Below, piece after piece: positions 44,698 through 55,045 of a DNA stretch of 64,000 nucleotides; position 1 is the stretch's first letter; every line of letters starts with the position of its first letter. Under the pieces are notes generated by a model. The model worked only from the letters and a program-made list of their open reading frames with translations. It was not told the origin of the DNA and ran no database searches. The position numbers were made by a program, and so were the translations under genes. Origin of the DNA: an uncultured Candidatus Rokubacteria bacterium. Its GTDB lineage: Bacteria; Methylomirabilota; Methylomirabilia; Rokubacteriales; CSP1-6. The stretch covers positions 256,001 through 320,000 of the forward strand of contig CAVWWD010000004.1 in NCBI GenBank assembly GCA_963758635.1, in the 5' to 3' direction.

Positions 44698-47600
44698 ATG
44701 GCCACGCGCACCGGTGAGTTCTCCCTCGATTCCAAGTACGTGCAGGAAGAGGGGCACATCTACCTGTCGGGCATCCAGGCCCTGGTGCGCCTGCCGATCG
44801 ACCAGCATCTCGCCGACCGCCGGCAGGGGCTGCGCACGGCCACGTTCATCTCCGGCTATCGCGGCTCGCCGCTGGGCGGGTTCGACCAGACCCTCGAGCG
44901 GCAGGCGAAGCTCCTCAGCCAGCACGACATCGTGTTCTCCTCCGGCCTCAACGAGGACCTGGGCGCCACGGCCGTGTTCGGCAGCCAGATGGTGAACTCG
45001 TTCCCGCGGCCGAAGTACGACGGCGTCCTCGGCATGTGGTACGGCAAGGCGCCCGGCGTGGACCGCACCGGCGACGTGTTCAAGCACGCCAACTACGCGG
45101 GGGTGGGGCGAAACGGCGGCGTGCTCGCGCTGGCCGGCGACGACCCCATCTCCAAGTCCTCCACGCTCCCCAGCCACTCCGAGGTCGCGCTCTACGACGC
45201 GCTGATGCCCACGATCTTCCCGGGCAACGTGCAGGACATCCTCGACCTGGGCCGCCACGGGTTCGCCATGTCGCGCGCGTCGGGCCTGTGGGTGGGCGTG
45301 AAGATCGTCACCAACGTGGCCGACGAGACGGCGACGGCCGAGGTCTCGCCGTCGCGGATCGTGCCCGTCGTGCCCGTCGTCGAGTACGAGGGCAAGCCCT
45401 TCGCGCACCAGATCAACCTGAACCTGATCCCGCCGTACGGCCTCGAGATGGAGCGCACGCTGCACCTGGCCCGCCTGGAGATGGCGCGGCGCTACGCGTG
45501 GGAGAACCGGCTGAACCGCATCACCGTGCCCACGCCGGGGGCGTGGCTCGGCATCCTCACCAGCGGCAAGACGTACTACGACGTGCGCCAGGCGCTCCAC
45601 GAGCTGGGCCTCGACGACGCCGCGCTCCGCCGCTACGGGATCCGCCTCCTCAAGATGGGCATGCTGTTCCCGATGGAGCCGCGGATCGTGCGCGAGTTCG
45701 CCCAGGGCCTGGAGGAGATCCTCGTCATCGAGGAGAAGCGCGCGTTCCTCGAGATGTTCGCCAAGGACATCCTGTACGGGGCGCCCGAGCGGCCGCGCAT
45801 CGTCGGCAAGCAGGACGAGGAGGAGCGCCTGCTCGTGCCCGCGGTGGGCGAGCTGGACTCCGACCTGGCCGCGCGCGTGATCGCCCGGCGGCTCGCGCCG
45901 CAAGGTCCGCGTCGAGTCGGCGGAGGCGCGCATCCAGCACCTGGACGAGCTCAAGCGCCGGCCGCGCACGCTCCAGCTCGCGCGCACCGCGTACTTCTGC
46001 TCGGGATGCCCGCACAACCGCTCCACCGTCGTGCCGGACGGCGCGGTGGCCGCCGCCGGCATCGGCTGCCACGGCATGGCCATGGGCATGAACCGCGGCA
46101 TCATCGGCGTCACGCACATGGGCGGCGAGGGCGCGCAGTGGGTCGGGGTCTCGCCGTTCACGGAGACGCCGCACCTCTTCCAGAACATCGGCGACGGCAC
46201 GCTCTTCCACTCCGGCAAGCTCGCGGTGAGCTACGCCATCGCCTCGGGCGTGAACATCACGTACAAGATCCTCTACAACGGCGCGGTGGCCATGACGGGC
46301 GGCCAGGACGCCGCCGGCGCCATCCCCATCCCCGACCTCACGCGCTGGCTGGAGGCCGAGGGCGTCAAGCGGATCATCATCACCACCGACCATCCCGAGA
46401 CGTACAAGGGCGTCGGCGTGGCCCGAGACCACCGAGGTGTGGCACCGCGACCGCCTCCTCGAGGCGCAGTCGGTGCTCGCGGCCACGTCGGGCGTCACCG
46501 CGCTGATCCACGACCAGCAGTGCGCGGCGGAGAAGCGGCGGCTCCGCAAGCGCGGGCGGCTCGTCGACCCGACCACGCGCGTGTTCATCAACGAGCGCGT
46601 GTGCGAGGGCTGCGGCGACTGCGGCAAGAAGTCCAACTGCCTGTCCGTGCAGCCGGTGGAGACGGAGTTCGGGCGGAAGACGCAGATCCACCAGTCCTCG
46701 TGCAACAAGGACTACTCGTGCCTCCTCGGCGACTGCCCGTCCTTCCTCACCGTGGAGCCGGTGGGCCCGCCGCAGAAGAAGGAGCGCCGGCTGCCCCCGC
46801 TCGAGGCCGAGATGCCCGAGCCCGTCCTCAAGGTCCCGACCGACGGCTTCGCGCTGCACATGATGGGGATCGGCGGCACCGGCGTCGTCACCGTCAACCA
46901 GATCCTGGGCACGGCCGCGCTCCTGGACGGCAAGCACGTGCGCGGCCTCGACCAGACCGGGCTCAGCCAGAAGGGCGGGCCGGTGGTCTCCGACCTGCGC
47001 ATCGCGACCGAGCCCATCGAGCGCGCCAACAAGGTGTCGGCGGGTGGCGCCGACCTGTACCTGGGCTTCGACCTCCTCGTGGCCGTCGATCCGGTGAACC
47101 TCGACAAGGCCGAGCCGGGCCGGACCATCGCGGTGGTCTCGACCAGCCACATCCCCACCGGGCAGATGGTGGTGGACACGACCGTGCACTTTCCCGAGCT
47201 CGCCAGCACGCTCATCGGCGTGGACCGCGTGAGCCGGAAGGACGACAACGTCTACCTGGACGCGCTCGCCCTCGTCGGAAGGGCTCTTCAACGACCACAT
47301 GGCCACCAACCCGCTCATGATCGGCGCCGCCTACCAGGCGGGCGCGCTGCCCATCTCCGCGGGCGCCATCGAGCAGGCGATCCGGCTCAACGGCGTGGCG
47401 GTCGAGATGAACCTGCTCGCGTTCCGCTGGGGGCGCATGGCCGTCGTGGACGCCTCGCGCGTCGAGGCGGCGGTGCGCACGGCGACGGGGCGGGTGGAGA
47501 CGCCGCGCGTGCTCTCCGCGGAGGCGCGGGCCCTGGTGGACTCGGTGGGCGCGCAAGGCGAGCTGGCCCGGCTCCTCGAGGTGCGCGTGCCCGAGCTGAT

Positions 47601-48178
47601 CGCCTACCAGGACGCGGCGTACGCGCGCGCCTACGTGGACTTCGTGCGCCGCGTGGCGCGAGGTGGAACGGCAGCGCACGCCGGGACGCACCGGCCTCGC
47701 CGAGGCGGTGGCGCGCGCGCTCCACAAGCTCATGGCCTACAAGGACGAGTACGAGGTGGCGCGCCTGCACCTGGACCCGGAGGTCCAGGCGGACATCGCG
47801 GCGCAGTTCGGGCCGTCGGTGCGCGTGCAGTGGAACCTGCATCCGCCGCTGCTCCGCGCCCTCGGCCTCACGCGGAAGATCAAGCTCGGGAGCTGGTTCA
47901 CCCCGGCCTTCCGGCTGCTGCGGGCGATGAAGGGCCTGCGCGGCAGCGCGCTCGATCCCTTCGGCCGGGCCGAGGTGCGGCGCGTGGAGCGGGCCCTGCC
48001 CGGCGAGTATCGCGCCATGGTCGAGACGGCGCTGGCGCGCCTTTCGCCCGAGACCCACGACCTCGCGGTGAAGCTCGGCGAGCTGCCCGACGAAGTGCGC
48101 GGCTACGAGGACATCAAGCTCGAGAACGTGAAGCGGTTCCGGGAGACGGCGCGCCATCTCCTCGCGCAGCTCGGCTGA
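44698..48178 (+). CDS. Indolepyruvate ferredoxin oxidoreductase family, fused alpha/beta (frameshifted)
   Basis: SGYRGSPLGG, GLNEDLGAT, WYGKAPGVDR, FCSGCPHN, GIGCH, GDGT.FHSG, CEGCGDC..SNC, GIGGTGV, KLMAYKDEYEVARL. Confidence 0.9.
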
Positions 48179-48743
48179 TCAGTCTCCCGGCCGCTGCTGC
48201 TCGAGCGCGTCGACGCGAGTGCGCAGCGTCGCGACCTCGCCGGTGAGCAGATCGAGGCGTCGCTCGATCCCGCCCTCGCGAACGCCATGATCGCGCAGGC
48301 TCAGCTCAATGCGAGCGAGCTGGGCCGACATCACCAGGTATTCCTGGCGCAGGCGCTCGTAGTTTGCCGCGAGCCCGTCCATCTGAGACGTGACCCGATC
48401 GAAGCCGGCCTCCATCCGCTCGCGAAGCGTCTCGAGCTCGCCGCGAACTTCCCGCGCAAACAGGGTCAGGCGCACCCCGAGTCCGTCGAGCCGCTCGTCG
48501 TGGCGAGCGAGGTGGGCGCCCATGACTGGCAAACTGCTCGTCGTGGCGAGCGAGGTGAGCGTGCATGGCGGCGAACTGCTCGTCGTGGCGAGGTGGGCGT
48601 GGAGGCGGCGAACTGCTCGTCGTGGCGGGTGAGGTGGGCGTGGACGCGGCGAACTGCTCGTCGTGCCGGGTGAGGTGGGCGTGGACGGCGGCGAACTGCT
48701 CCGTGATGAGCTGGCGGAGGTCCTGGATCTCGTCGCTGGTCAT
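48179..48743 (-). CDS. Coiled-coil hypothetical protein with His-rich 14-aa repeats (frameshifted in the repeats)
   Basis: MTSDEIQDLRQLITEQFAAVHAHLTRHDEQFAA...; C-terminal heptads (ERLRQEY..LRTRVDALE). Confidence 0.6.
48493..48701. repeat. Tandem repeat, about 5 x 42 bp
   Basis: GCTCGTCGTG anchors at 48493, 48536, 48578, 48615 and 48656 (then GCTCCGTG at 48698). Confidence 0.85.
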
Positions 48744-48910
48744 CGCCCGGGGCCTTCCTCGCCGCCCAGCTTGGGCCCGGGGCTCCGGGTCCGTCAAGCG
48801 TGTCCGAAAGGATACGCCGCCGTCACCGCTCCGGACTCGGTGACCATGCCTCGCGGGCGAGCGGGCACGCCAGTTGCGGACGCGCGGCTCCGGACGCCAT
48901 AATCGCGCGC

Positions 48911-50626
48911 ATGTGGGCGCGCGAGCGGGCTCGACTGGCCGCGGTGGCGCGCGGCCAGTCCACCGCCGATCGGTACGTCCAGGGCGGCACGCTCCTCAAC
49001 GTCTACACGGGGGAGCTGTATCCGGCGAACGTCGCCATCGTGGGCGAGCGCATCGCCTACGTGGGCGCGCGCGACGACATGGTCGGCCGCCGCACCGAGG
49101 TGATCGCTGCCGCCGGCGCCACCCTCGTCCCGGGGTACATCGAGCCCCACGCGCACCCGTGGAACCTCGCCACGCCGTCCGGGCTCGCCCGCCACGTCCT
49201 GCCGCTCGGCACGACCGCGATCGTCGCCGACAACCTGCCGCTCTACTGGAACGGCGGGCTCCGCGGCTTCGAGACCGCGGTGGAGGCGCTGGCGCGCGGG
49301 CCGCTCAAGTTCTACTGGATGGTGCGGCCGCACGGACAGTCGCGCGGCGAGGACGAGGGGCGCCGCTTCCCGCTGAGCGCCATCGCGCGCATGCTCGACA
49401 ACCCGTGGTCGGCGGCGATGGGCGAGATCACCCGCTGGCCCGAGGTGCTCGCGGGGCGGCCGGAGCTGCTCGAGCGGCTCGCGCTGGCCGCGGCGCGGGG
49501 CAAGCGCATCGAGGGCCACACCGCGGGGGCGAGCGCCGAGCGCGTGGCCGGGCTGGCCGCGGCGGGCATCTCGTCGGACCACGAGCCGATCACGGCGCAG
49601 GAAGCGCTCGACCGGGCGCGGCAGGGCATCGCGCTCATGCTCCGCCAGTCCTCGCTGCGCCCGGACCTGCGCGCGCTGCTCGTGCCGTTCGTGAAGTCGG
49701 GCTCGCTCGGCCGGCTCATGCTCACCGCCGACGGGAGCACGCCCGACTTCATCGTCGAGCACGGCTTCGTGGACGGCCTGGTGCGCGTCGCCCTCGAGGA
49801 GGGCGTGCCCGCCCTCGAGGCCTACCGGATGGTCACGCTGAACCCCGCCACGTACTACGGCAAGGACGCCGACCTGGGCGGCATCGCGCCCGGGCGCTAC
49901 GCGGACGTTCTGCTCCTGGACGACCTCGCCGAGCCGCGCCCGCGCACGGTGATCGCGCGGGGGCGGGTGGTGGCGCGCGACGGGCGGCTCACCGCGCGGG
50001 TGCCGGAGCCGCCGTGGGCGAGGATCTTCACGCCGGCGGGGACGCGCTTCGACCGCGCGTGGCGCGTGAGCGCCGAGGACTTCGCGCTCCCCGGCACGAC
50101 CCTGCCGGTGATGCGCCTGGTGAGCACGGTCATCACCACGCTCGAGGAGCGGCCGCTGGCCCGCGGCGATCTCCACGCCGCCCTCGTCGACCGGCGCGGC
50201 GGCTGGATCACGACCGGAGCCGTCGCCGGCTTCGCGCCCGATCTCGACGGGCTCGCCACCACGCAGTCCACCGACTTCCAGATCCTGGCCCTCGGCCGGA
50301 GCCCGGCGGCGATGGCGCGCGCGGTGAACCGGGTGCGGGAGCTCAAGGGCGGGGTGGTGCTCACCGAGGAGGACCGCATCATCTACGAGCTGCCGCTGCC
50401 CGTGGGCGGCTTCATGTCCACGCGGTCCTTGCCCGACCTCGCCCTCGCCGAGCGCCAGCTCACGGCGCACCTCCGCGCCCGCGGATACACGTTCCACGAT
50501 CCGCTCTACACGCTGCTGTTCGCCACCGCGGACTTCCTGCCGTCGGTGCGCCTCACCGCGCGGGGCATCTGGGACGTGAAGCGCGGGCGCGTGCTCCGCC
50601 CGAGCCGTCCGCTCCGCGCGCGCTGA
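48911..50626 (+). CDS. Adenine deaminase-like amidohydrolase
   Basis: LLNVYTGE, PGYIEPHAH, IEGH, SDHE, TADG, TLNPATYY, GIAPGRYAD, LPLPVGG. Confidence 0.8.
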   Translation: MWARERARLAAVARGQSTADRYVQGGTLLNVYTGELYPANVAIVGERIAYVGARDDMVGRRTEVIAAAGATLVPGYIEPHAHPWNLATPSGLARHVLPLGTTAIVADNLPLYWNGGLRGFETAVEALARGPLKFYWMVRPHGQSRGEDEGRRFPLSAIARMLDNPWSAAMGEITRWPEVLAGRPELLERLALAAARGKRIEGHTAGASAERVAGLAAAGISSDHEPITAQEALDRARQGIALMLRQSSLRPDLRALLVPFVKSGSLGRLMLTADGSTPDFIVEHGFVDGLVRVALEEGVPALEAYRMVTLNPATYYGKDADLGGIAPGRYADVLLLDDLAEPRPRTVIARGRVVARDGRLTARVPEPPWARIFTPAGTRFDRAWRVSAEDFALPGTTLPVMRLVSTVITTLEERPLARGDLHAALVDRRGGWITTGAVAGFAPDLDGLATTQSTDFQILALGRSPAAMARAVNRVRELKGGVVLTEEDRIIYELPLPVGGFMSTRSLPDLALAERQLTAHLRARGYTFHDPLYTLLFATADFLPSVRLTARGIWDVKRGRVLRPSRPLRAR

Positions 50627-50640
50627 AAGGAGACCGCTCA

Positions 50641-52056
<1,416 letters not shown>

Positions 52057-52057
52057 C

Positions 52058-52131
52058 GATCCTCACAGAATACGGTAGCTGCCACGGGCCTCTACAACCC
52101 ACCGCTCGGCATTAGTCTGATGCGCGGGGCT
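52058..52131 (+). repeat. Dispersed repeat family A, copy 3
   Basis: GATCCTCACAGAATACGGTAGCTGCCACGGGCCTCTACAACCCACCGCTCGGCATTAGTCTGATGCGCGGGGCT. Direct repeat GCTCGACTGACG at 52047 and 52129. Confidence 0.85.
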
Positions 52132-52216
52132 CGACTGACGCCCGCGACGTATCCGTTCGGACGCGTCTCCGCCCGGAGACGTTGACGCGCGCGCGCCCGC
52201 GCCCCACCCTCGTCGC

Positions 52217-52762
52217 ATGACGCGGGCGGCGCGGGGACAGGCGGGCTTCTCGCTGGTCGAGCTGCTCCTCGCCCTCGCCGTGCTCGGCCTCGCCATGGCC
52301 GGCGCGCTCGCGCTGCTCGGCGCGGGTCTGTCCAGCTATGCGCTCGGCGCCGCGCGCGTGGAGGCGCAGCAGTCCACGCGCCTGGCCCTCGAGCGCATGA
52401 CGAAGGAGCTGCGCGACGCCGGCTACGATCCGCGCGGCGCGGGCTTTCCCGCCATCGTCGAGGCCGAGCCCACGCGCGTGGCGTTCCAGCGCGACCTGGA
52501 CGGCGACGGCGCCATCGATCCGACGCGCGAGCGTGTCACCTTCCTCCTGCGCGGCGCCGTGCTCCGGCGCGACGCCGGCGCGGGCGCGCAGCCCATCATC
52601 GAGGGCGTGCGCCGCCTCGAGCTCCACTACCTCGACGCCCACGACCGTCCCACCACGGATCCCGCGAGCGTGCGCGCGATCCGCATCCGGCTCGAGGCCG
52701 GCCTCGCCGGCCCCGGCGCGCTCATGGAGACGCAGGTCTCCCTCCGCAACTACGTGTGGTAG
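52217..52762 (+). CDS. Prepilin-type N-terminal cleavage/methylation protein (PilW/PulJ-like)
   Basis: QAG|FSLVELLLALAVL class III signal; RMTKELRDAG. Confidence 0.85.
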   Translation: MTRAARGQAGFSLVELLLALAVLGLAMAGALALLGAGLSSYALGAARVEAQQSTRLALERMTKELRDAGYDPRGAGFPAIVEAEPTRVAFQRDLDGDGAIDPTRERVTFLLRGAVLRRDAGAGAQPIIEGVRRLELHYLDAHDRPTTDPASVRAIRIRLEAGLAGPGALMETQVSLRNYVW

Positions 52763-52881
52763 TGCGAGGGAGCCGAAGGCGAGCCGAGCGGATATGGAAG
52801 TGCCGTGGAACCAACCTGCGACCGCCGACCGCCGTGGAACCAACCTGGTCCGCTGGCTTCCCGAGGCCCTCTCGCACTACC
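52758..52881. repeat. Family B copy 3 (52763-52802) with a degenerate inverted partner (REP-doublet-like)
   Basis: GGTAGTGCGAG (52758-68) is the exact reverse complement of CTCGCACTACC (52871-81). Internal 17-bp direct repeat GCCGTGGAACCAACCTG at 52802 and 52831. Confidence 0.75.
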
Positions 52882-52905
52882 GTCCCGCCCCGCGCTGACC
52901 CGACC

Positions 52906-52975
52906 GACCCCCAGGGGGTATCGGGCCTCTGCCCCGGGACCCCCGGGGGGTATGGGGCGACCTCCCAGGGGGTAT
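52906..52975. repeat. Three C-tract/G-tract pseudo-palindromes
   Basis: GACCCCCAGGGGGTAT (52906), GACCCCCGGGGGGTAT (52938), GACCTCCCAGGGGGTAT (52959). Confidence 0.7.
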
Positions 52976-53076
52976 CCCGGACCCCCTCCCGCAAGCGGCG
53001 GTAGCCAGGCGGTTGACCTCTACCAGCGGTTGACGGCTCGAGCCCCAAATTCCTCTTACAATTCCAAGATTTTTGC

Positions 53077-53160
53077 TTGACACCCCTCCACGCAACTACT
53101 ACGATGCCCCCTCAAGTGGGAGAAATTCCCATGAAGTGGAGCAAAGGGGCATGGAGGGGG
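53077..53160 (+). promoter_or_regulatory. dcw promoter and MraZ-type direct repeats
   Basis: TTGACA (53077)-N17-TACGAT (53100); AGTGG/AGTGG/AGGGG/AGGGG at 53115, 53135, 53145 and 53155 (10-bp phase). Confidence 0.75.
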
Positions 53161-53185
53161 AGAGTCGCCCCCCTCGGGGGACAAA

Positions 53186-53626
53186 GTGTTTCGCGGACAT
53201 TTCCGGCACACGATCGACCCGAAGGGGCGGCTCAGCATCCCGGCGAAGTTCCGGGAGGTGCTCGCCGACGGCTTCGGCGAACGGCTGGTGATCGCCCCGA
53301 GCGACCGAGCGCTCGACGTGTACCCGCTCAAGATCTGGGAGGAGCTGGAGCAGCGCATCGCGACCCTGCCCAAGCTCGACCGCGACGCGCGCCAGTACCG
53401 CTACGCATACCTCTCGCGCGGGCTCGACGTGACTCTCGATCCGCAGGGCCGCATCCAGATCTCGCCCGACTACCGCGAGTCGAACGGTCTCGTGAAGGAC
53501 GTGCTCGTCATCGGCATGACAGATCACTTCGAGGTGTGGGACGTGGAGCGCTGGGCGCACTTCCAGCGCGACGACGGCGGCGGGCTCGACGATGTGCGCG
53601 AGCGGCTCGCCGCCAAGGGCGTGTGA
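53186..53626 (+). CDS. mraZ: Transcriptional regulator MraZ
   Basis: FRGHFRHTIDPKGRLSIPAKFR, LDPQGRI, FEVWD; first gene of the dcw cluster. Confidence 0.95.
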   Translation: MFRGHFRHTIDPKGRLSIPAKFREVLADGFGERLVIAPSDRALDVYPLKIWEELEQRIATLPKLDRDARQYRYAYLSRGLDVTLDPQGRIQISPDYRESNGLVKDVLVIGMTDHFEVWDVERWAHFQRDDGGGLDDVRERLAAKGV

Positions 53627-53633
53627 GGCGCGG

Positions 53634-54543
53634 GTGGACGATGCGGAGCGGATCGCGCACATCCCCGTGCTGGCGGAGGAAGTGAGCTTCTTGCTGCGCC
53701 CCCGCCGCGGGGGCTGGGTGGTGGACGGGACGATCGGCATGGGCGGACACGCGGAGCGGTTGCTCGAGCGCGCGGATCCCGCCGTCCGGCTCCTCGGGGT
53801 GGATGGGGACCCCGAGGCGCTCGGACGGGCGGGCCGCCGCCTCGCGCGCTTCAGCGATCGCGTCGTGCTCCGGCATGGGAGCTTCCGCGACCTCGCGGCC
53901 CACGCCGCCGCCGCCGGGGTGGGGGAGGCGGAGGCCGTGCTGCTCGACCTGGGCCTGTCCTCGTATCAGCTCGACGAGTCCGGCCGGGGCTTCTCCTTCT
54001 CCGGCGACGAGCCGCTCGACATGCGGTTCGACCCCAGTCGGGGGCGGACGGCGGCCGACCTGCTCGGATCCCTCACGCGCGACGAGCTGCACGCGCGTGC
54101 TCGCCGAGTACGGCGAGGAGCGGCATGCCCGCCGGATCGCCGCACGCCTCGTCGAGGCGCGCGACCGGGCGCCGCTCTCCACCACCGGGGAGCTGGTCGA
54201 CGTGGTCAAGCGGGCGGTGCCGCGGGCGGCCTGGCCGCCGCGGACGCACGTGGCCACGCGGACGTTCCAGGCCTTGCGCATGGCCGTCAACGACGAGCTG
54301 CCGAGCCTCGCCGAGGTCCTGCCGCAGGCGGAGGAGCTCCTCGCCGCCGGGGGCCGGCTCGGCGTCATCTCCTTCCATTCGGGCGAGGACCGCATCGTGA
54401 AGCAGGCCTTCCGGGCGGCGCCGCGTGAGCGCTACGCCGCCCTGGAGCCGGCTCCGATCCAGCCCACCCGCGACGAGATCGATCACAATCCGCGGGCCCG
54501 GAGCGCCAAGCTCCGCGTCCTCGAGCGTCTGGAGGCGTCATGA
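53634..54543 (+). CDS. rsmH: 16S rRNA m4C1402 methyltransferase (one frameshift near 54095)
   Basis: HIPVL, VDGTIGMGGH, LDLGLSSYQLD..RGFSF..PLDMR, FQALRMAVNDEL, ISFHSGEDRIVK, NPRARSAKLR. Confidence 0.95.
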
Positions 54544-54998
54544 CAACGCATCAGCGGAACGCCGGCGCCGCCTCGGCGCCTTGGATGATGATGGGCGGGC
54601 AGCAGGCCGCCCGCTTCCACCGGGAGACCGATCGCCGGCTCCGCCGCGCCATGATGGCGGCGCTCGCCTGCACGGCGCTCGTCGTGGGCGGGGTGGTGGG
54701 GGTGCTGGCGGTGAAGGTCCACCAAACGAAATTGTCGTACCGGATGGAGTCGCTCCGCCAGATGCGGGACGCCGCCGAGGAGCGCGTCCAGCGGCTGCGC
54801 GTCGAGGTGGCCACGCTCCGGTCGCACGCCCGCATCGAGGGCAAGGCCCGCACCGAGCTCGGCATGGTCTCGCCGGGCCGTGACCAGGTGCTCCTCGCCC
54901 GCGAGTTCGTGGCGGGCGGCAGCGGCATCTCCCGCGCGGCGCTGCCGCGCACGGCCGCCGTCGAGCGGGCGCGCCCCGGCGAGCCTCGACCCCGGTAG
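54540..54998 (+). CDS. ftsL: Cell division protein FtsL
   Basis: One transmembrane segment, coiled coil, LRSHARIEGKARTELGM; lies between rsmH and ftsI. Confidence 0.8.
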   Translation: MTTHQRNAGAASAPWMMMGGQQAARFHRETDRRLRRAMMAALACTALVVGGVVGVLAVKVHQTKLSYRMESLRQMRDAAEERVQRLRVEVATLRSHARIEGKARTELGMVSPGRDQVLLAREFVAGGSGISRAALPRTAAVERARPGEPRPR

Positions 54999-55004
54999 AT
55001 GGCG

Positions 55005-55039
55005 TCCCACCGCGAGGCATTGGTCTGATCCGCGGGGCT
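55005..55039 (+). repeat. Dispersed repeat family A, copy 4 (3' half only)
   Basis: TCCCACCGCGAGGCATTGGTCTGATCCGCGGGGCT, flanked by GGTAGATG at 54994 and 55041. Confidence 0.7.
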
Positions 55040-55045
55040 TGGTAG

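Noticed and set aside
52058..52131. Family A as an HDV-like or hammerhead ribozyme
   Set aside because: The nested stems and CTGATG are suggestive, but P2 pairing is inconsistent across copies and the catalytic elements (J4/2 C, GAAA) are missing.
52802..52847. 17-bp direct repeats ending near GAAC/GAAAC (also 56821-56879) as a mini-CRISPR
   Set aside because: Only two units, short unequal spacers, no cas genes; better explained as part of repeat family B.
54080..54110. Frameshifts in rsmH, IOR, tesA and others as programmed frameshifting or phase variation
   Set aside because: No slippery or contingency tracts; scattered 1-2 nt indels fit long-read consensus error.
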